Part shown: positions 36,230-46,311 of the stretch, in pieces
Position numbering within the stretch: position 1 is the stretch's first letter
How the letters are laid out: each line of letters opens with the position of its first letter
NCBI GenBank assembly: GCA_947594935.1
Contig: CANQEM010000006.1
Coordinates: 225 to 64,224, forward strand
DNA: 64,000 nucleotides
From: an uncultured Clostridia bacterium
Lineage (GTDB): Bacteria; Bacillota; Clostridia; TANB77; CAG-508
Direction of reading: 5' to 3'
Position numbers and translations under genes: made by a program
The notes under the pieces: generated by a model
What the model saw: only the letters and a program-made list of their open reading frames with translations
What the model was told of the DNA's origin: nothing
Databases searched by the model: none

Positions 36230-37138
36230 TTATTCATTTAGGTTTTCTACTATTTTATATTCTGAAATATCTGGTTCTGTAAAGTCTTCGTCTCTTACAG
36301 TTCCAAATTCATAAAAATAATCTTGTGTTCCACTCTCTACTTTTCCCTTAGTAGCTCCATATCCAACTCCTATAATCAAACCTGTATCTTTGCTAACATA
36401 CATTCCCGTATCTACACCTTTCAATAGGCTACCAAAATTCTTAATATAGTAACATTTTTGTGAATTATAATTTGCACTTTCTACACTTGCTGGAATAGCT
36501 CCAATCAATATTTGCCACCAATTTTCTGCATCTTGGATACTTTCTGGTCTGTTCATAATCTGATTTTTTGTATTTAATATCGCCTTTTTCTCTCCATTAC
36601 CTTCTATATACATGTTTGTATCATAAATTTCTATATTTTGCTTGTCATATTCTTTATTTTTCCCATACATAATATAAGTTATAGTTCCATCTTTTGAAAC
36701 ATCTTTTATAATATTTTTTATCTTATCATCTTTGCAAAAAACTTCTACTTTTGAATAGCTTTCTGATTGTGCATCCCAGTATAGACTGATTTTATGATAG
36801 TTTGCACTATTTAAATATGTTTCAGCTTTGCTTGATAACTCAGAAATGATTACAAATTTTCTTGTTACATCTATTCCAACTATTACAACTATTATTAGTA
36901 AAACAATTTTTAAAACTCGTAATTTATTCCTATATTTTTTAAAAAAGTTTATTTCTTTTGTACTTGGTTTTTCAGTTTCTAATTCTAAATTCTTTTTCAT
37001 GTTTTCATAGATTTTGCTACATTCTTCGCATTGTTGAAGGTGGTCCTTGACGAAGTTACTTGTTACATTGTTTGTTAATTTTTCAATGTAATTTGGTAAT
37101 AAATCTTGAACGATTTTACAATCTTTTTTCTCTTTCAT
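36230..37138 (-). CDS. Anti-sigma factor (zf-HC2), single-pass membrane protein with extracytoplasmic domain
   Basis: H-x3-C-x2-C (HLQQCEEC), TM helix at aa ~75-95; ATG 37138 after GGAGAG, overlapping the sigma gene end. Confidence 0.8.
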   Translation of the reverse strand: MKEKKDCKIVQDLLPNYIEKLTNNVTSNFVKDHLQQCEECSKIYENMKKNLELETEKPSTKEINFFKKYRNKLRVLKIVLLIIVVIVGIDVTRKFVIISELSSKAETYLNSANYHKISLYWDAQSESYSKVEVFCKDDKIKNIIKDVSKDGTITYIMYGKNKEYDKQNIEIYDTNMYIEGNGEKKAILNTKNQIMNRPESIQDAENWWQILIGAIPASVESANYNSQKCYYIKNFGSLLKGVDTGMYVSKDTGLIIGVGYGATKGKVESGTQDYFYEFGTVRDEDFTEPDISEYKIVENLNE

Positions 37139-37139
37139 A

Positions 37140-37616
37140 TCAATCACTCTCCTTTATTTTTTGTTTTCCCCTATAAAAAGTTACTCTCGCCCAGTTTTCG
37201 GTTTTTTCCAAAATATCACCTATTTCTTTAAAACTTAATTCTCCTGTAATTCGCAGATACATTACTTCTCTTGTTTGTTCATCTAGGCTCTGCATTTTTT
37301 TATAAATTTCAAGTTTTGTTTGATTTGCAATTACTATTTCTTCTGTTTCTTCTTTTGCCGGAATTTCCATTAAATTTCCTTCAAAACTTTGCACTTTTTT
37401 ATTTTTTCGCAATTCATCATACCAAAGATTTTTAGCAATTTGACATAGCCAAACTGATATTTTGCAATTGCCTTTAAAAGTATGTATTTTTTGAACTGCA
37501 TGATAAAAAGTCTCTTGCGTTAGTTCCTCAGAAATATCATTATTATGCGTTAAACAGAATAAATACTTATATACTGTTTTAAAATATGTTTCATATATTT
37601 GCTCCATATTTTGCAT
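37140..37616 (-). CDS. ECF-type RNA polymerase sigma factor
   Basis: About 158 aa, sigma-70 region 2 and region 4 (SFKEIGDILEKTENWARV). Confidence 0.88.
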   Translation of the reverse strand: MQNMEQIYETYFKTVYKYLFCLTHNNDISEELTQETFYHAVQKIHTFKGNCKISVWLCQIAKNLWYDELRKNKKVQSFEGNLMEIPAKEETEEIVIANQTKLEIYKKMQSLDEQTREVMYLRITGELSFKEIGDILEKTENWARVTFYRGKQKIKESD

Positions 37617-37641
37617 AATAGTATCCTCCTTCTGATAATAG

Positions 37642-37667
37642 GACGTGCAAAAGACTATTTTGTTACA
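37642..37667 (-). promoter_or_regulatory. ECF-type promoter TGTAAC-N16-CGTC upstream of the sigma gene (probable autoregulation)
   Basis: AAC-N16-CGT pattern read on the minus strand, about 25 nt upstream of the RBS. Confidence 0.5.
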
Positions 37668-37673
37668 AATAAT

Positions 37674-39554
37674 TTATAATTCTATTAAATTATATGGAAT
37701 TTGATTTTGTTCCATAATCGTTTTTTCTCTTTCTGTGCATGTAAATATAAAGATTTGCCTATTTGAATATGTTTTATACATATATTCCAAAAAGTTTTTT
37801 AATCTCTCATTATCGAAATATGCAAAAGTTTCATCCAAAATGATTGGCAATTCTTCACTAGATAGTTCATCAATCATTGATAGGCGTAGTGAAAGATATA
37901 GTTGTTCAATTGTACCCACACTCAATTTTTCTGCTGGGATATACTCACCTTTTTCATTTTCTATAATAAGTCCATCTTCATCATGAAAACGTACTTGATT
38001 GTATTTTCCATTAGTTATATTTGAAATTATATTTGATAAATTTTGCGTGAATTTTGGCGTTACTGTATGTCTCATTTCTTCATAACATTTTTCTAATATG
38101 CTTTTTGCAGTTTCAATAGCTGTATTTAATTTTTGAATTTCGTGTTTTTCCTCATCAAGATTTGCATATTCTTCTTCTAAACTTGCTAATTTTTCCAAGT
38201 TTGGTAAAATGGTATTTTTATCTAAGTTTAAAGCATGAAGTTCCATTTTTCTTGCAGTTAGCTTGTTCTGCATATCTTGTATTTCCTGTGAAATGTTATT
38301 TTCTGCAAATTCTTTAACACTTGGAACATTTGAATATTTTTCTAATAGTTTTTTCTGGGTTTCATTTTTATTTTCTGTAATTTCTTCTTCAATTTCTTGA
38401 CTATTTTTTTCTAAAATTTGTAATTCATTTTCTAATAAATTTTGTTTTTCTTTTATTATTTCTTGCTGTTTTAAAACTTCTTTACGCTTTTTCATTTCCT
38501 TTTTTTGTTTCTTAGAAAAATGAAAAGTTACAACTCCTAAAATAAAAATACTAACCACTAAAATTGATATACTTATAGCTGTGTTTGACCAGAAAATTGC
38601 TTGTAAAATGAAGTTGAGAATCATTAAAAAAACTATAATTGCAATTAGCGGTTTCCAATAACTTTTTATTTTTCCAGTATCTTTTTCTTGAACATCTTCT
38701 TTTTTTAATTCATATATCCTTGTATAAATTTCTTTTATTTTTTCTGCATTTTGTTTTTTAATATTTTCTTTTACATCTATTTTTTGATTTTGCTCATCAA
38801 GTATCATCTTGATTTCTTGTAGTATTTGTGTTTTTTGTTCTAGTTCTTTTATATCTTTTCCTAGTTGTTGTTCTTTTTCCTCTGTTTCATATTTTTTCTC
38901 TTGGTATTCTTGTAAATTATTTTTTTCTATTTCTATTTCCTGCATTTTTCTATCTATAATATTTATTGGTTTCTCACGACTTCTAGAAGTCCCCACTTCC
39001 TCTAATTGCCTACGATTTAAGCGGTCTATTGCTAATTTATATGATACTTTATCCTCCCCTGTTCCTACTAAGTTTGCAATTTTTTGCACTAACATGCTTT
39101 GCTCATTTTTTTGTAGCTTTGTTTCTTGTTGGTTCGCTACAAGAGTAGATAAAAATAGGTCTTCATCTACTTTTGTTTGTTCATAGAAGAACATACTTCC
39201 AGCTGATTTATCAATTGGGAAATCTTTGGAAATATCTTCTTGGTCTGCATTAAAAATTTTTGGGTTTTTCTTTTTGAAGTCTCTTTGAACTTCATAAATG
39301 TTTCCATTATCTAATTGATATTTAATTTTGCCAGAAAAATCTTCTCCTACCCATGGTTCATATTTTTCAAAGTCTGAATATTCTTTTCCTTTTTTATTTT
39401 TCGAAATTCCGTAAAAACTGTTTATAATAAATGATAAAAGTGTTGATTTCCCTGCTTCGTTTTTACCATAGATAATATTTATATTGTCTTTTAAATTTAT
39501 TTCTTTATCTCGCAATTTTCCATATTGATTTATTTTTAATTGCTGTAATTTCAA
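37674..39554 (-). CDS. SbcC/Rad50-like AAA ATPase (YhaN-like) with central transmembrane hairpin
   Basis: Walker A GKNEAGKST, long E/K/Q coiled coils, signature-like SVGTIEQLYLSLR, Walker B ILDETF; two hydrophobic helices at aa ~300-350; TTG 39554 after GGAAGGAG. Confidence 0.75.
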   Translation of the reverse strand: MKLQQLKINQYGKLRDKEINLKDNINIIYGKNEAGKSTLLSFIINSFYGISKNKKGKEYSDFEKYEPWVGEDFSGKIKYQLDNGNIYEVQRDFKKKNPKIFNADQEDISKDFPIDKSAGSMFFYEQTKVDEDLFLSTLVANQQETKLQKNEQSMLVQKIANLVGTGEDKVSYKLAIDRLNRRQLEEVGTSRSREKPINIIDRKMQEIEIEKNNLQEYQEKKYETEEKEQQLGKDIKELEQKTQILQEIKMILDEQNQKIDVKENIKKQNAEKIKEIYTRIYELKKEDVQEKDTGKIKSYWKPLIAIIVFLMILNFILQAIFWSNTAISISILVVSIFILGVVTFHFSKKQKKEMKKRKEVLKQQEIIKEKQNLLENELQILEKNSQEIEEEITENKNETQKKLLEKYSNVPSVKEFAENNISQEIQDMQNKLTARKMELHALNLDKNTILPNLEKLASLEEEYANLDEEKHEIQKLNTAIETAKSILEKCYEEMRHTVTPKFTQNLSNIISNITNGKYNQVRFHDEDGLIIENEKGEYIPAEKLSVGTIEQLYLSLRLSMIDELSSEELPIILDETFAYFDNERLKNFLEYMYKTYSNRQIFIFTCTEREKTIMEQNQIPYNLIEL

Positions 39555-39567
39555 GGTTTTCTCCTTC

Positions 39568-40647
39568 CTATTGTAGTGCTTCAAAAGCAACTTCAATTGT
39601 TTTTTCTAATATTTCTTTTTCTTCTTCATTTACATCTTGCAATTTTTCTAACATTTCTTTTGCAAACATCCCTTTTAAAGTCATTTCATTTTGCAATTTT
39701 TCTAAATCGTAAAACGGTTTTGTTTTATCTTTTAATTTAATAATCTGACTGCTCTCAATAAATTGATAAATTTTAAATACATCTATTTCAAAATGGCGTG
39801 TTCCTACTAAAATAATTTTTACAAGTTGTGTTTCTGGATATATATTTTTGTTGATGTTTTCAATTAGTTCTTCTTGTGATGACAAGTTGCTAACATCTAG
39901 TTCTTGTTCTATAAATTCTTTGTCATCTAATTGAATAAACTCCAATTTTATTGCTTCTTTTGATATATCTCCAACAATCATCCCATGTTTGCCTAATTCG
40001 TCAAATCCTAATGAGATGCAGGAACCCGGATATACAATTTTTTGATTTTCCTCATCTTTATATGATGGTTTATGAATATGCCCCATTGCTACATAGTCAA
40101 AATTTTTGTCTTGTAAAATCTTTTTTGGTATAGAGTTATATTGCTTTTCTTCTATTTCTCCACCGTCTATTGTTCCATGAATTACTGCAATATTTAGCTT
40201 TTCTGGTCTTTCTATTTGTACATTTTCAATTTTGCAATCTGTGCAATAAAAGTCATCAAAACCATAACCATATATATCTGCTTCTTTTAAACTGATTTTT
40301 TCAAATTTTGAATTGAAAATATGTACATTATCGTTCCAATTAAATTTAGCATAATATGAGTTTTTTAAAAATGGGTCATGATTACCTGGGCTGATAAAAA
40401 TTTGTGTTTCTGGAATCTCTTGAAATTGCTGATTTATATATTGAATAGTTGATTGTTTTATATATTGATGTTCATATAGATCACCTGAAATAAATAAAAC
40501 TGGAATATTATTTTCCTTTATATATGAAATTGCTTTTTTAAATGCTTTTCTCTGATCTAGTCTGCGCATTTCTCCTAAATTTGCTTTATGTGATAAGTTT
40601 ACAAATGGACTGTCAAAATGGACGTCTGCAAGATGAACAAATTTCAT
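39568..40647 (-). CDS. Metallophosphoesterase, SbcD/Mre11-like DNA repair exonuclease (YhaO-like)
   Basis: HLADVHFD, GDLYE, GNHD, GHIH motifs. Confidence 0.85.
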   Translation of the reverse strand: MKFVHLADVHFDSPFVNLSHKANLGEMRRLDQRKAFKKAISYIKENNIPVLFISGDLYEHQYIKQSTIQYINQQFQEIPETQIFISPGNHDPFLKNSYYAKFNWNDNVHIFNSKFEKISLKEADIYGYGFDDFYCTDCKIENVQIERPEKLNIAVIHGTIDGGEIEEKQYNSIPKKILQDKNFDYVAMGHIHKPSYKDEENQKIVYPGSCISLGFDELGKHGMIVGDISKEAIKLEFIQLDDKEFIEQELDVSNLSSQEELIENINKNIYPETQLVKIILVGTRHFEIDVFKIYQFIESSQIIKLKDKTKPFYDLEKLQNEMTLKGMFAKEMLEKLQDVNEEEKEILEKTIEVAFEALQ

Positions 40648-40749
40648 GGCTAATTTCACTCCTTTTTTTCTTTTATATCACACAAACATAAGTTTGTCAA
40701 GAAAAATACACCACAAATTTTAGAAAATCTAATCTCTGTGGTGTATTTT

Positions 40750-42748
40750 TTAATTATTATTATTACTTTCTAACGGTCCAAAAAGTTCATCAAATTTTGC
40801 TTCTAACTCTTTTTGTAAATCATAAGTATCTTCTTGTGGTAACATTGGTGCATCTTCATCTTCTTCTAGTAAGTCAACAGCTATTGGCTCTGGTTCTGCT
40901 TGTGGTTTTTGTGGTGCTTCTGGTTGTTCTTCAATGTCATCAAACAAGTCATCCAAAGATTCTATTTTTAAGTTTTCAGCTTGTTTGTCTTGCTCATCTT
41001 CCGGTACATAAGGGTTATATGGATTGTATTTTCTCCAATCTCCTCTTTCAATTTCTCCAATATCATTATGGCTGATTTCGTGCATAGCTAGTTCTTTTGC
41101 CATTGGCTTTTTAAAGTAGTAGAATTTCTTTGCTTTTACTGGTTTCAAACCTTTAACAAATATGATACATTCATCCATATCCATTCTGCGGAGCTCATCA
41201 GGCGTCATCAATGCTCTTGCCATAATCTGATCTGATACACTCTTTCCGGTTTTCCAGTTTTGCCTATCTCTATTTATTGAAATGCTGTCTCTATCAATAG
41301 TTTTTTCGCCTAACTGCTTTGAAAAATACTCTACTGTTTTATATGAGTTGCTTCCTAAAAATACGTGTGTATCGCAGTTACCCATAATTGTTTCATAAGA
41401 TTTTTCATAAACTGCTTCTAGTTGGTCAACATTTTGTAGAATTACACTAAATGATATATTTCTACTTCTTGAAGTTGATATTTTTTTATCAAAGTCTGGT
41501 ATTTTTCCTATATTTGCGAACTCGTCTAATATGAAAAATGTTTGTGTTTTTAACTTTCCGCCTTCTTTATCTGCATGGTCATATAGTTGCTGAATCATTT
41601 GTGAGAAGAATATTGTTAATAGGAAGTCATACGCTGTATGTGTATCTGATGAGATAACATAAACAGCTGTCTTTTTATCTCCGATCTCATTAAAATCAAT
41701 AGTATCTGTTGAAGTTAATTCTGCTATTTCTTTTGAATCGAATTTTCCTAATTTTGATTGCAATGTACTTAAAATAGAACTATATGTTTTTTCTGGTGCG
41801 ATTTCGATAGATTTATAGTACATTCTTGCTGGGTGGTCATAAGGCAAAACGCTGATTAGTTCTGTTAGTAAGTTATTTCCGCCTTTGTTGTTTGCTGCTC
41901 TAACTAGTTCTGCACAGCTTGCTAAGTTTTGTTCTTCTGGTGGTCTTGTTGCTATTAGATAGTAGATTAACGCTTTTAATAGCATTTCTGCTGAGTCATC
42001 CCAAAATGGTTCTGATGTACTTCCTTCTGATTTTTGCCCTCTGACAATTGTGTTTGCAATAACATCTACATCTATTTCTGAATTTATATGTTTTAGTGGG
42101 TTATATCCATCACTATATTGAGGTCTAACTAAGTTTAATACTTTAATGTTATAGCCATGGTCTCTTAAAAAACCGGCTGTTCTGTCATATAGTTCACCTT
42201 TTGGATCAGTGAATACATAAGATCCTAACATTTGATATGCGTTTGGAATTGAGTATGATGCAGATTTACCTGAACCTGAACCGTCCAACAACTAAGACGT
42301 TTACGTTTCCACGTTTGTCAACTGGTAAGTAGTTATTTTCTGCAAGTATAATTCCTTTGTTTTTATTTAGAATTTCATATTGTTCGCCATGTTTGCTCCA
42401 ATCACTTGAACCATGTTCAATATCTGAAAACTCATTTTTAGGTGCTGTACGCACAAAACCAATAAAGAAGAATATTAGATAAAAAATTGTGAAGACCATC
42501 CATATTGACATGAAATTTCCAATTGCTCCTGTTGCAAACAAGTCTCCTAGTGAGCCAAATGGGTTCATGATATTCGCAGCAATTTTTTGAAAAAATATTG
42601 TGCCATTAAAATGTCCCTCAGCATTTGCTTGATAAATACTTAGGGATAAGGGCGAAACAAATACTATGGTTAAAAATACCCATAGTATTGCACATATAAT
42701 AAATGTTGTTCTATTTCTTCTAATGGCTCCTTCAATCTTGTAATTCAT
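40750..42748 (-). pseudogene. VirD4/TraG-type type IV coupling protein, frameshifted within the Walker A coding region (ORFs 42266..42748 and 40750..42291)
   Basis: The N-terminal ORF has 2 TM helices and ends ...NVNVLVVGRFRFR*; the other frame continues (L)LDGSGSGKSAS...; removing one nt near 42281-42285 restores NVLVVGGSGSGKS; acidic C-terminal tail. Confidence 0.8.
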
Positions 42749-42776
42749 ACAATTCACCTACTATCTTTTGTTAGAC

Positions 42777-43127
42777 TTAGCCTCTATCTATGTCTTCTCT
42801 GCTTTCGTCAATCATATCGACAGTTAAACCAGCTTCTTCACGTTGTTTAATAAGCTTTTTCATTTCTTTTTTATCAACTGGTATTTTTTTGCCATCATCT
42901 AAGACTCTAAAATAATTACCTTTTGAGTCTTTCATAAATTTATGTTGTGATACTTTCCCATCTATTGATTCTAAAACTTTTTCCACTGTTTTTGCATATT
43001 CAACCATGGTTGCGTCTCCTGGTTTTTGTCCTGGTGCCAATGTGTTTTCTAATGGTTCAAAGCTAGCGTTCAAAACTACAAATGGTATTCTATTATCAAC
43101 ATTTCTTTGTGCTTCTGGATTTCCCAT
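42777..43127 (-). CDS. Hypothetical protein (116 aa), co-oriented just upstream of the coupling protein
   Basis: ORF with good RBS (GGAGGAAG); no motif recognised. Confidence 0.4.
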   Translation of the reverse strand: MGNPEAQRNVDNRIPFVVLNASFEPLENTLAPGQKPGDATMVEYAKTVEKVLESIDGKVSQHKFMKDSKGNYFRVLDDGKKIPVDKKEMKKLIKQREEAGLTVDMIDESREDIDRG

Positions 43128-43141
43128 TTCTGACTTCCTCC

Positions 43142-43666
43142 TTAAAAATCCTTTTTGTCTCTGATTTCAAAGGCAAAATAAGATTTATATGGTTTTAGTT
43201 TACATTTGCCTTTAACTTCATTGGTATTCTCATCAAAATACAACACAGGTTGAACTTCTTCTGTGGTTTCTGGGTCTATAATACATATTGGTCTTTGCAA
43301 ATTTGGTGTATATTGAAAATCTTTGTACTCTGTTTCTATTTCATTATATAAACTGTCAAATTTAAGTGGCATTGGCTTTTTAGAAATTGAAATCTTGTCT
43401 CCTTCTAATAATGCCATGTTAACAACAACCCTATCATTGCCAAAAGATAATATTACTAAATGATCTTCGCCTGGTGATGGATTATCGACATAAAAAGTTT
43501 TTCTAGTAGTATCGCCTCTAAGTTCTTGCGTAAAATCTAGTCTGTGTATTGTGTATTTCGGCGATTCTTCTAAAAATTCTTTTTGCGTTTTGTTTACTTG
43601 ATAAATTACTGTTCTAACATCCTTAGGATCTGTAATACTAAAATGTTTTCCTTGCCACATCTCCAT
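43142..43666 (-). CDS. Hypothetical protein (174 aa)
   Basis: ORF with RBS GAGGTG; consensus promoter upstream; no motif recognised. Confidence 0.4.
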   Translation of the reverse strand: MEMWQGKHFSITDPKDVRTVIYQVNKTQKEFLEESPKYTIHRLDFTQELRGDTTRKTFYVDNPSPGEDHLVILSFGNDRVVVNMALLEGDKISISKKPMPLKFDSLYNEIETEYKDFQYTPNLQRPICIIDPETTEEVQPVLYFDENTNEVKGKCKLKPYKSYFAFEIRDKKDF

Positions 43667-43729
43667 TTTTATTATGACACCTCACTTCTATGGTTTACAC
43701 ATAGCTTGTCTTTTGCATGTCCACACTTA

Positions 43730-43758
43730 ATTATACTAAAAAGCAAGCTATTTGTCAA
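43730..43758 (-). promoter_or_regulatory. Consensus SigA promoter TTGACA-17-TATAAT driving 43666..40750
   Basis: Perfect hexamers on the minus strand (43758..43753 and 43735..43730). Confidence 0.65.
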
Positions 43759-43788
43759 TATAAATTTATGTAAATTGTTATTTTGTAA

Positions 43789-44661
43789 CTATTTTACTGC
43801 GTTCTCTCTTGGATTGAATTTTGAAATTTCTTTTAATTGTTCATATATAGCCTTTTCTTGGTCGTCCATTTTTCGAGGAACAACAATTTTAATTTCAGCA
43901 ATTAAATCTCCTCTGCCACCTTGTGCTGTGTAATATCCTTTGTTTGGAATACGCAATTTTTCTCCACTTTGAATTCCTTGTGGGATATATATTTTCGTTT
44001 CATCTTCCATTGTTGGTATTGTAACTCTTGCTCCTAGACCCGCTTCCCATGGGGTTAATAATAAATCTGTGCATAAGTCATATCCAGCTAATTTGAAAGT
44101 TTTATTATCTTGAATTTTTATCTTAATATATAGGTTTCCGTTCTTTCCGCCGTTTTTTCCGTCTTTTCCTTGACCTAATAATCTAATTTTTCCACCATTT
44201 TGTATACCTTTTGGAATGTTTATAGTAAATGTTTTATTTTTTCCGTCTACTGCTTTAAGTGATACTGTTTTCTCAGTTCCAAAATATGCTTCTTCAATTG
44301 GAACTTCTATTTCTGTTTCCACATCTTCGCCACATACTGGGGAATCTGCATTTGTTCCTGATGATTTATCTATATTCCCTAAAAACATTTCAAAAATTGA
44401 TTCTTTATTTCTTAGCCCTTTTTGTTGTAGTTTTGTATGGTGTGCATTCCAAGTTCTATCATATTTTCTCTTTGAGGCTGGAACTGATAGAATTCTATAT
44501 GCTTCGTTAATATCTTTTATGCGTTCTTCTGATGTGTTATTCCCAACATTTAAGTCTGGATGATATTTTTTTGCTGCATTTCTGTATGCCGTTTTTATTT
44601 CATTTATTGATACATGGCTTGTTTCTAAGCCTAATATTTTATAATAATCTTTGTATACCAT
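43789..44661 (-). CDS. J-domain protein, CbpA-like (DnaJ N-terminal J domain + DnaJ C-terminal domains, no zinc finger)
   Basis: DYYKILGL...YHPD J-domain; C-terminal GDLYIKIKI and GRGDLIAEIKIVVP motifs; no CxxCxGxG repeats; ATG 44661 after GGGAGAGGA. Confidence 0.85.
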   Translation of the reverse strand: MVYKDYYKILGLETSHVSINEIKTAYRNAAKKYHPDLNVGNNTSEERIKDINEAYRILSVPASKRKYDRTWNAHHTKLQQKGLRNKESIFEMFLGNIDKSSGTNADSPVCGEDVETEIEVPIEEAYFGTEKTVSLKAVDGKNKTFTINIPKGIQNGGKIRLLGQGKDGKNGGKNGNLYIKIKIQDNKTFKLAGYDLCTDLLLTPWEAGLGARVTIPTMEDETKIYIPQGIQSGEKLRIPNKGYYTAQGGRGDLIAEIKIVVPRKMDDQEKAIYEQLKEISKFNPRENAVK

Positions 44662-44742
44662 TGAACATCCTCTCCCATTTTTAAAATAGGTAATTACATT
44701 ATAACACATATTTTAAAAATTTCCATACTTTTTGTCGAATTT

Positions 44743-46110
44743 TTAGCATAACTCATAAAATTTCATTCCGTTTGATGCTTTTATTAAAACAATATCTTGC
44801 GGTTTTGTTTGATTTTTTAAGTATTCTTTGATTTCTTCTTTTGTTTCATAATAATAGATTTCTTTATCACTTGATTTTTTTGCTTCTTCTACAATATATT
44901 TGCTATTTTCACCAGAACAGATTAGAACATCAATATTAGAATTTGCAACCACTTGCCCTACCTGTCTGTGTATTTTCTCTGCATGTTCGCCTAATTCAAA
45001 AATATCTCCTAATATTGCTATTTTTCTATGACCTTTATAACCTTCTAGATATTGTATTGCAGCTCTTATAGATTCTAAGCTAGCATTATATGCGTCATTT
45101 ATTATTGTAACATCATTCTCTTTTTTTATGATTTCCATTCTTTTTTTAGTAAGCTCAAATTTTTCTATTCCTTCTTTTATTTTTTCTACACTTATGCCTA
45201 GAATTTTACCAACAAGTGCTGCACATAGTGCATTATATACAAAATGAATTCCGCCAACTGGAACAGTCATTTCAACTGCTTCTTCCCCTATGTGGCACAA
45301 AAATTTACTACTGTTTTCTTGTAATTCAACATTTTCTGCCCATACTTCTGATTTATTTTCCATCCCAAAAGTATGTATTTCAATAGTTTTATTATTTTCT
45401 GAATTCCATTTGTGTAATAAATCATTATCATTGTTTACAACAATTTCTTTTTTGTCCATACCTTCTAATATTTCTAGTTTTGCTTTTAAAATGTTTTCTC
45501 TTGAACCTAAATTTCCAATATGTGATGTGCCAATGTTTGTAATAATTGCTAAATCTGGTTTGGCGATGTTTGTTAATAAACTGATTTCTCCAAAATGGTT
45601 CATTCCCATTTCTACAACAGCTACTTCTTCATCTTCTAAGTGCAATATTGTAAATGGTAGACCGATGTGGTTATTATAGTTTGCTTTCGTTTTCAATGTT
45701 TTAAATTGTTTTGAAACTACACTTGCAACCATGTCTTTTGTGCTTGTTTTTCCAACACTTCCTGTTATAGCTATAACTTTTAGTTTTTTGTCATTTTGCA
45801 ATCTTATAAATGTTGCTAACTTTTGTGCTGCAACAATTGTATCTTCCACAATCAAAATTGTTCTGTCTTTCCAATTTTCCATGCTTTTTTCATCTATATC
45901 TATATCTTGAATAATTGCAACTTTACAACCTTTTTTGAAGGCTTCTTCCCAAAAATTACTTCCATCTATATCTCCTGTTTTTATTCCAATAAATGTGTCT
46001 TGTGGTCTTAGTTCTCGTGTATCATACGAAAACACTCTACACTCATCTTCCAAATTTCCTTGAAGCATTTTCGCATTAGTTATTTCTATAACTTGCTTTA
46101 CTGTTAACAT
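44743..46110 (-). CDS. murF: UDP-N-acetylmuramoyl-tripeptide--D-alanyl-D-alanine ligase
   Basis: Mur ligase P-loop ITGSVGKTSTK; N-terminal MurF-type domain; about 455 aa. Confidence 0.9.
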   Translation of the reverse strand: MLTVKQVIEITNAKMLQGNLEDECRVFSYDTRELRPQDTFIGIKTGDIDGSNFWEEAFKKGCKVAIIQDIDIDEKSMENWKDRTILIVEDTIVAAQKLATFIRLQNDKKLKVIAITGSVGKTSTKDMVASVVSKQFKTLKTKANYNNHIGLPFTILHLEDEEVAVVEMGMNHFGEISLLTNIAKPDLAIITNIGTSHIGNLGSRENILKAKLEILEGMDKKEIVVNNDNDLLHKWNSENNKTIEIHTFGMENKSEVWAENVELQENSSKFLCHIGEEAVEMTVPVGGIHFVYNALCAALVGKILGISVEKIKEGIEKFELTKKRMEIIKKENDVTIINDAYNASLESIRAAIQYLEGYKGHRKIAILGDIFELGEHAEKIHRQVGQVVANSNIDVLICSGENSKYIVEEAKKSSDKEIYYYETKEEIKEYLKNQTKPQDIVLIKASNGMKFYELC

Positions 46111-46311
46111 TTTTATCACTTCCCTTTCATCTTTCTACTGTGATATTGTTATTCTACTACAACAATTCTAAAAATGCAATTACTATATTATATGCTTTTA
46201 AAAAATGCAGGTTTTAGCAAAATTTGTAAGATTAGAAATTTTTTTAAAATTTAATGACAAAATGATATATATAGTGTTATAATATATAAGAATAATATTA
46301 AGGAGAAAGTT

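Noticed and set aside
43583-43933. 116-aa plus-strand ORF across the 43666/43789 intergenic region
   Set aside because: It overlaps the ends of two minus-strand genes and a consensus minus-strand promoter, has a hydrophobic junk translation and has no RBS.
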